DNA from: a virus
IMG/VR virus record: IMGVR_UViG_3300037010_002253
Coordinates: 1 to 64,000 of that record
DNA length: 64,000 bases
Reading direction: 5' to 3' (one strand)
The notes under the pieces are model-generated. The model had not been told where the DNA came from and did no database searches. It was given only the letters and a program-made list of their open reading frames with translations. A program made the translations under genes and the position numbers. How positions within the stretch are numbered: position 1 is the stretch's first letter; each line of letters starts with the position of its first letter. Of this stretch, positions 62,744 through 64,000 are shown piece by piece.

Positions 62744-63628
62744 TTAGACGGTAAGGGTGCTCCAGTCCAGAGTCCCTTGAATGTCTTCCAGCTCGAGGAT
62801 CTGCTGCACGATGGCAGTACGTGCCCGCAGAGTCCTCGACGTGTCCATCACGCCGAACTCGTTGCGCGAGTTGTCGGCGTACGCCTCCACGGTGTACTTG
62901 AAGGCCATCGCGAAGAACCTGTCCCCCTCCAGGGCCGGTAACTCGTCGGAACCGACCGAGGTGATCTCCCCGGGTAGCAAGTCGAACGTGCAGACCTCGC
63001 CGCTCATCTGCTCGACATCAATCCCGCCGCCGGTCTGGAGGATGAGGTGGATCTGCTCGCACATGAACCCGAGGTCGATCTTGTTCTTGGCGTAGCATGT
63101 GACGACATAAGTGACGTCGTACGGATCGGGATGCGCGCGCTCGAGGTACGAGGTCTTCCCGGTGTATGTGCTCCCATCCGGTTCCGTGATGGTGACCTCG
63201 GTGGCGCTGGAGTCCTCCTCCTGGATGACGCTGCCCGGCTCGTAGTTCGACGAACGGTATTTGAGGCCCGTCATCGACCGCACGACCACGCACGGCCAAA
63301 TGTCGGAGAAGTCTCTTCCGCTAAACCCGTCGAAGAAGACTGGCACCTGACGGAACGCATGGGGCTCGAACCCTCGGGAGTACAAACGCACCGTCTCCGG
63401 GGTCAGCGTGGACAGGTCCCCCTGACCCTTCTGCGGCGACTTGAGGAGTGGGATTCGGATCCCGTACGAAGGCAAGCGAACAACTTCGCCCTGATCGTTC
63501 GGTGCGCCGATGATCGACGTGTTCACAGGCTTCCCCGTCGCCGGGTCAATGACCGGGTTCCCCTTGTTGTCGAGGGGGGCACCCGTCAACCGACGGTAGA
63601 TCGCGAGGTCACAGGCCAAGAACAGCAT
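62744..63628 (-). CDS. Probable tail terminator/completion protein
   Basis: Directly upstream of the sheath; PDPYDVTYVVTCY; GGAGGAGG RBS. Confidence 0.6.
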   Translation of the reverse strand: MLFLACDLAIYRRLTGAPLDNKGNPVIDPATGKPVNTSIIGAPNDQGEVVRLPSYGIRIPLLKSPQKGQGDLSTLTPETVRLYSRGFEPHAFRQVPVFFDGFSGRDFSDIWPCVVVRSMTGLKYRSSNYEPGSVIQEEDSSATEVTITEPDGSTYTGKTSYLERAHPDPYDVTYVVTCYAKNKIDLGFMCEQIHLILQTGGGIDVEQMSGEVCTFDLLPGEITSVGSDELPALEGDRFFAMAFKYTVEAYADNSRNEFGVMDTSRTLRARTAIVQQILELEDIQGTLDWSTLTV

Positions 63629-64000
63629 GGAACGCCCTCCTCCCAACCTGGCTGCGCTTCACACCATCGCGCGCAGGTCCGACGTGGGGTCGGGCGGGCA
63701 TGTTCCTCGTCCCGAACTCGTGGAACTTGTAGAGACGAGCATCACTTTCCACAGTGAACTGGCCCGTCCCTACCTTCCGCACCGCGAAGCTCTGGAGGTA
63801 GTTTCCCGTCGCAATGAGCGTGCGAGAGTCGTACCCCATCCGCGCCTTCCGCGCCGACCACGCTGGGGTCAGAGGAGCCATGGGGAACATCTGCATCCGG
63901 ACCCCATCCGTCACCCGCGCGAGGTAATCATTCGCGATTGCTTCCGCCGCCGCGTCGGTCGCCGCAGGGTACTTGCGCACCGCGTTCCGCACACGCGCGA
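63609..64000 (-). CDS. Neck/virion morphogenesis protein (5' end probably outside the window)
   Basis: APLTPAW...LIATG...HEFGTRNMPARP. Confidence 0.75.
   Translation of the reverse strand, partial: ARVRNAVRKYPAATDAAAEAIANDYLARVTDGVRMQMFPMAPLTPAWSARKARMGYDSRTLIATGNYLQSFAVRKVGTGQFTVESDARLYKFHEFGTRNMPARPHVGPARDGVKRSQVGRRAFHAVLGL

Noticed and set aside
43084-64000. Stand-alone eCIS or tailocin in a bacterial chromosome
   Set aside because: Contiguous with phage replication, modification and neck genes, and no housekeeping genes are present.

Overview
This window is a high-GC fragment of a tailed dsDNA bacteriophage with a contractile (myovirus-type) tail. Almost every gene is on the minus strand. 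In transcription order (right to left) it contains: (i) 64.0-42.9 kb, the tail and baseplate module, with sheath, T4 gp19-like tube, tail assembly chaperone with a -1 frameshift, tape measure, hub, spike, gp25, baseplate J-like wedge, beta-helix fibre/spike and a holin-like gene; (ii) 42.7-25.7 kb, replication and recombination genes: SF2 helicase, DnaC-like loader, DUF932, Dam-type methylase, DnaB-like helicase, primase, SSB, intein-containing PolA, RecA, Cas4-like nuclease, two resolvases and SpoVS; (iii) 22.3-15.3 kb, 7-deazaguanine DNA-modification genes (queD, queE, folE, dpdA-like; no queC in the window), a cluster of atypical tRNA-like RNAs and a free-standing HNH gene; (iv) below 15 kb, small accessory/early genes, a repeat-rich mostly non-coding region, and RadC-JAB, GNAT, MazG-like and truncated zinc-metalloprotease genes. 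No capsid, terminase or integrase gene is visible. The most unusual observations are an HNH endonuclease gene overprinted in the +1 frame inside the PolA intein with its own RBS, a nested set of long-range inverted repeats whose mismatches are all G-U compatible on the transcribed strand, three head-to-tail tRNA-like RNAs with enlarged anticodon loops, and two related ~70-bp palindromes 37 kb apart. All protein assignments come from recognising motifs by eye; no database search was run.
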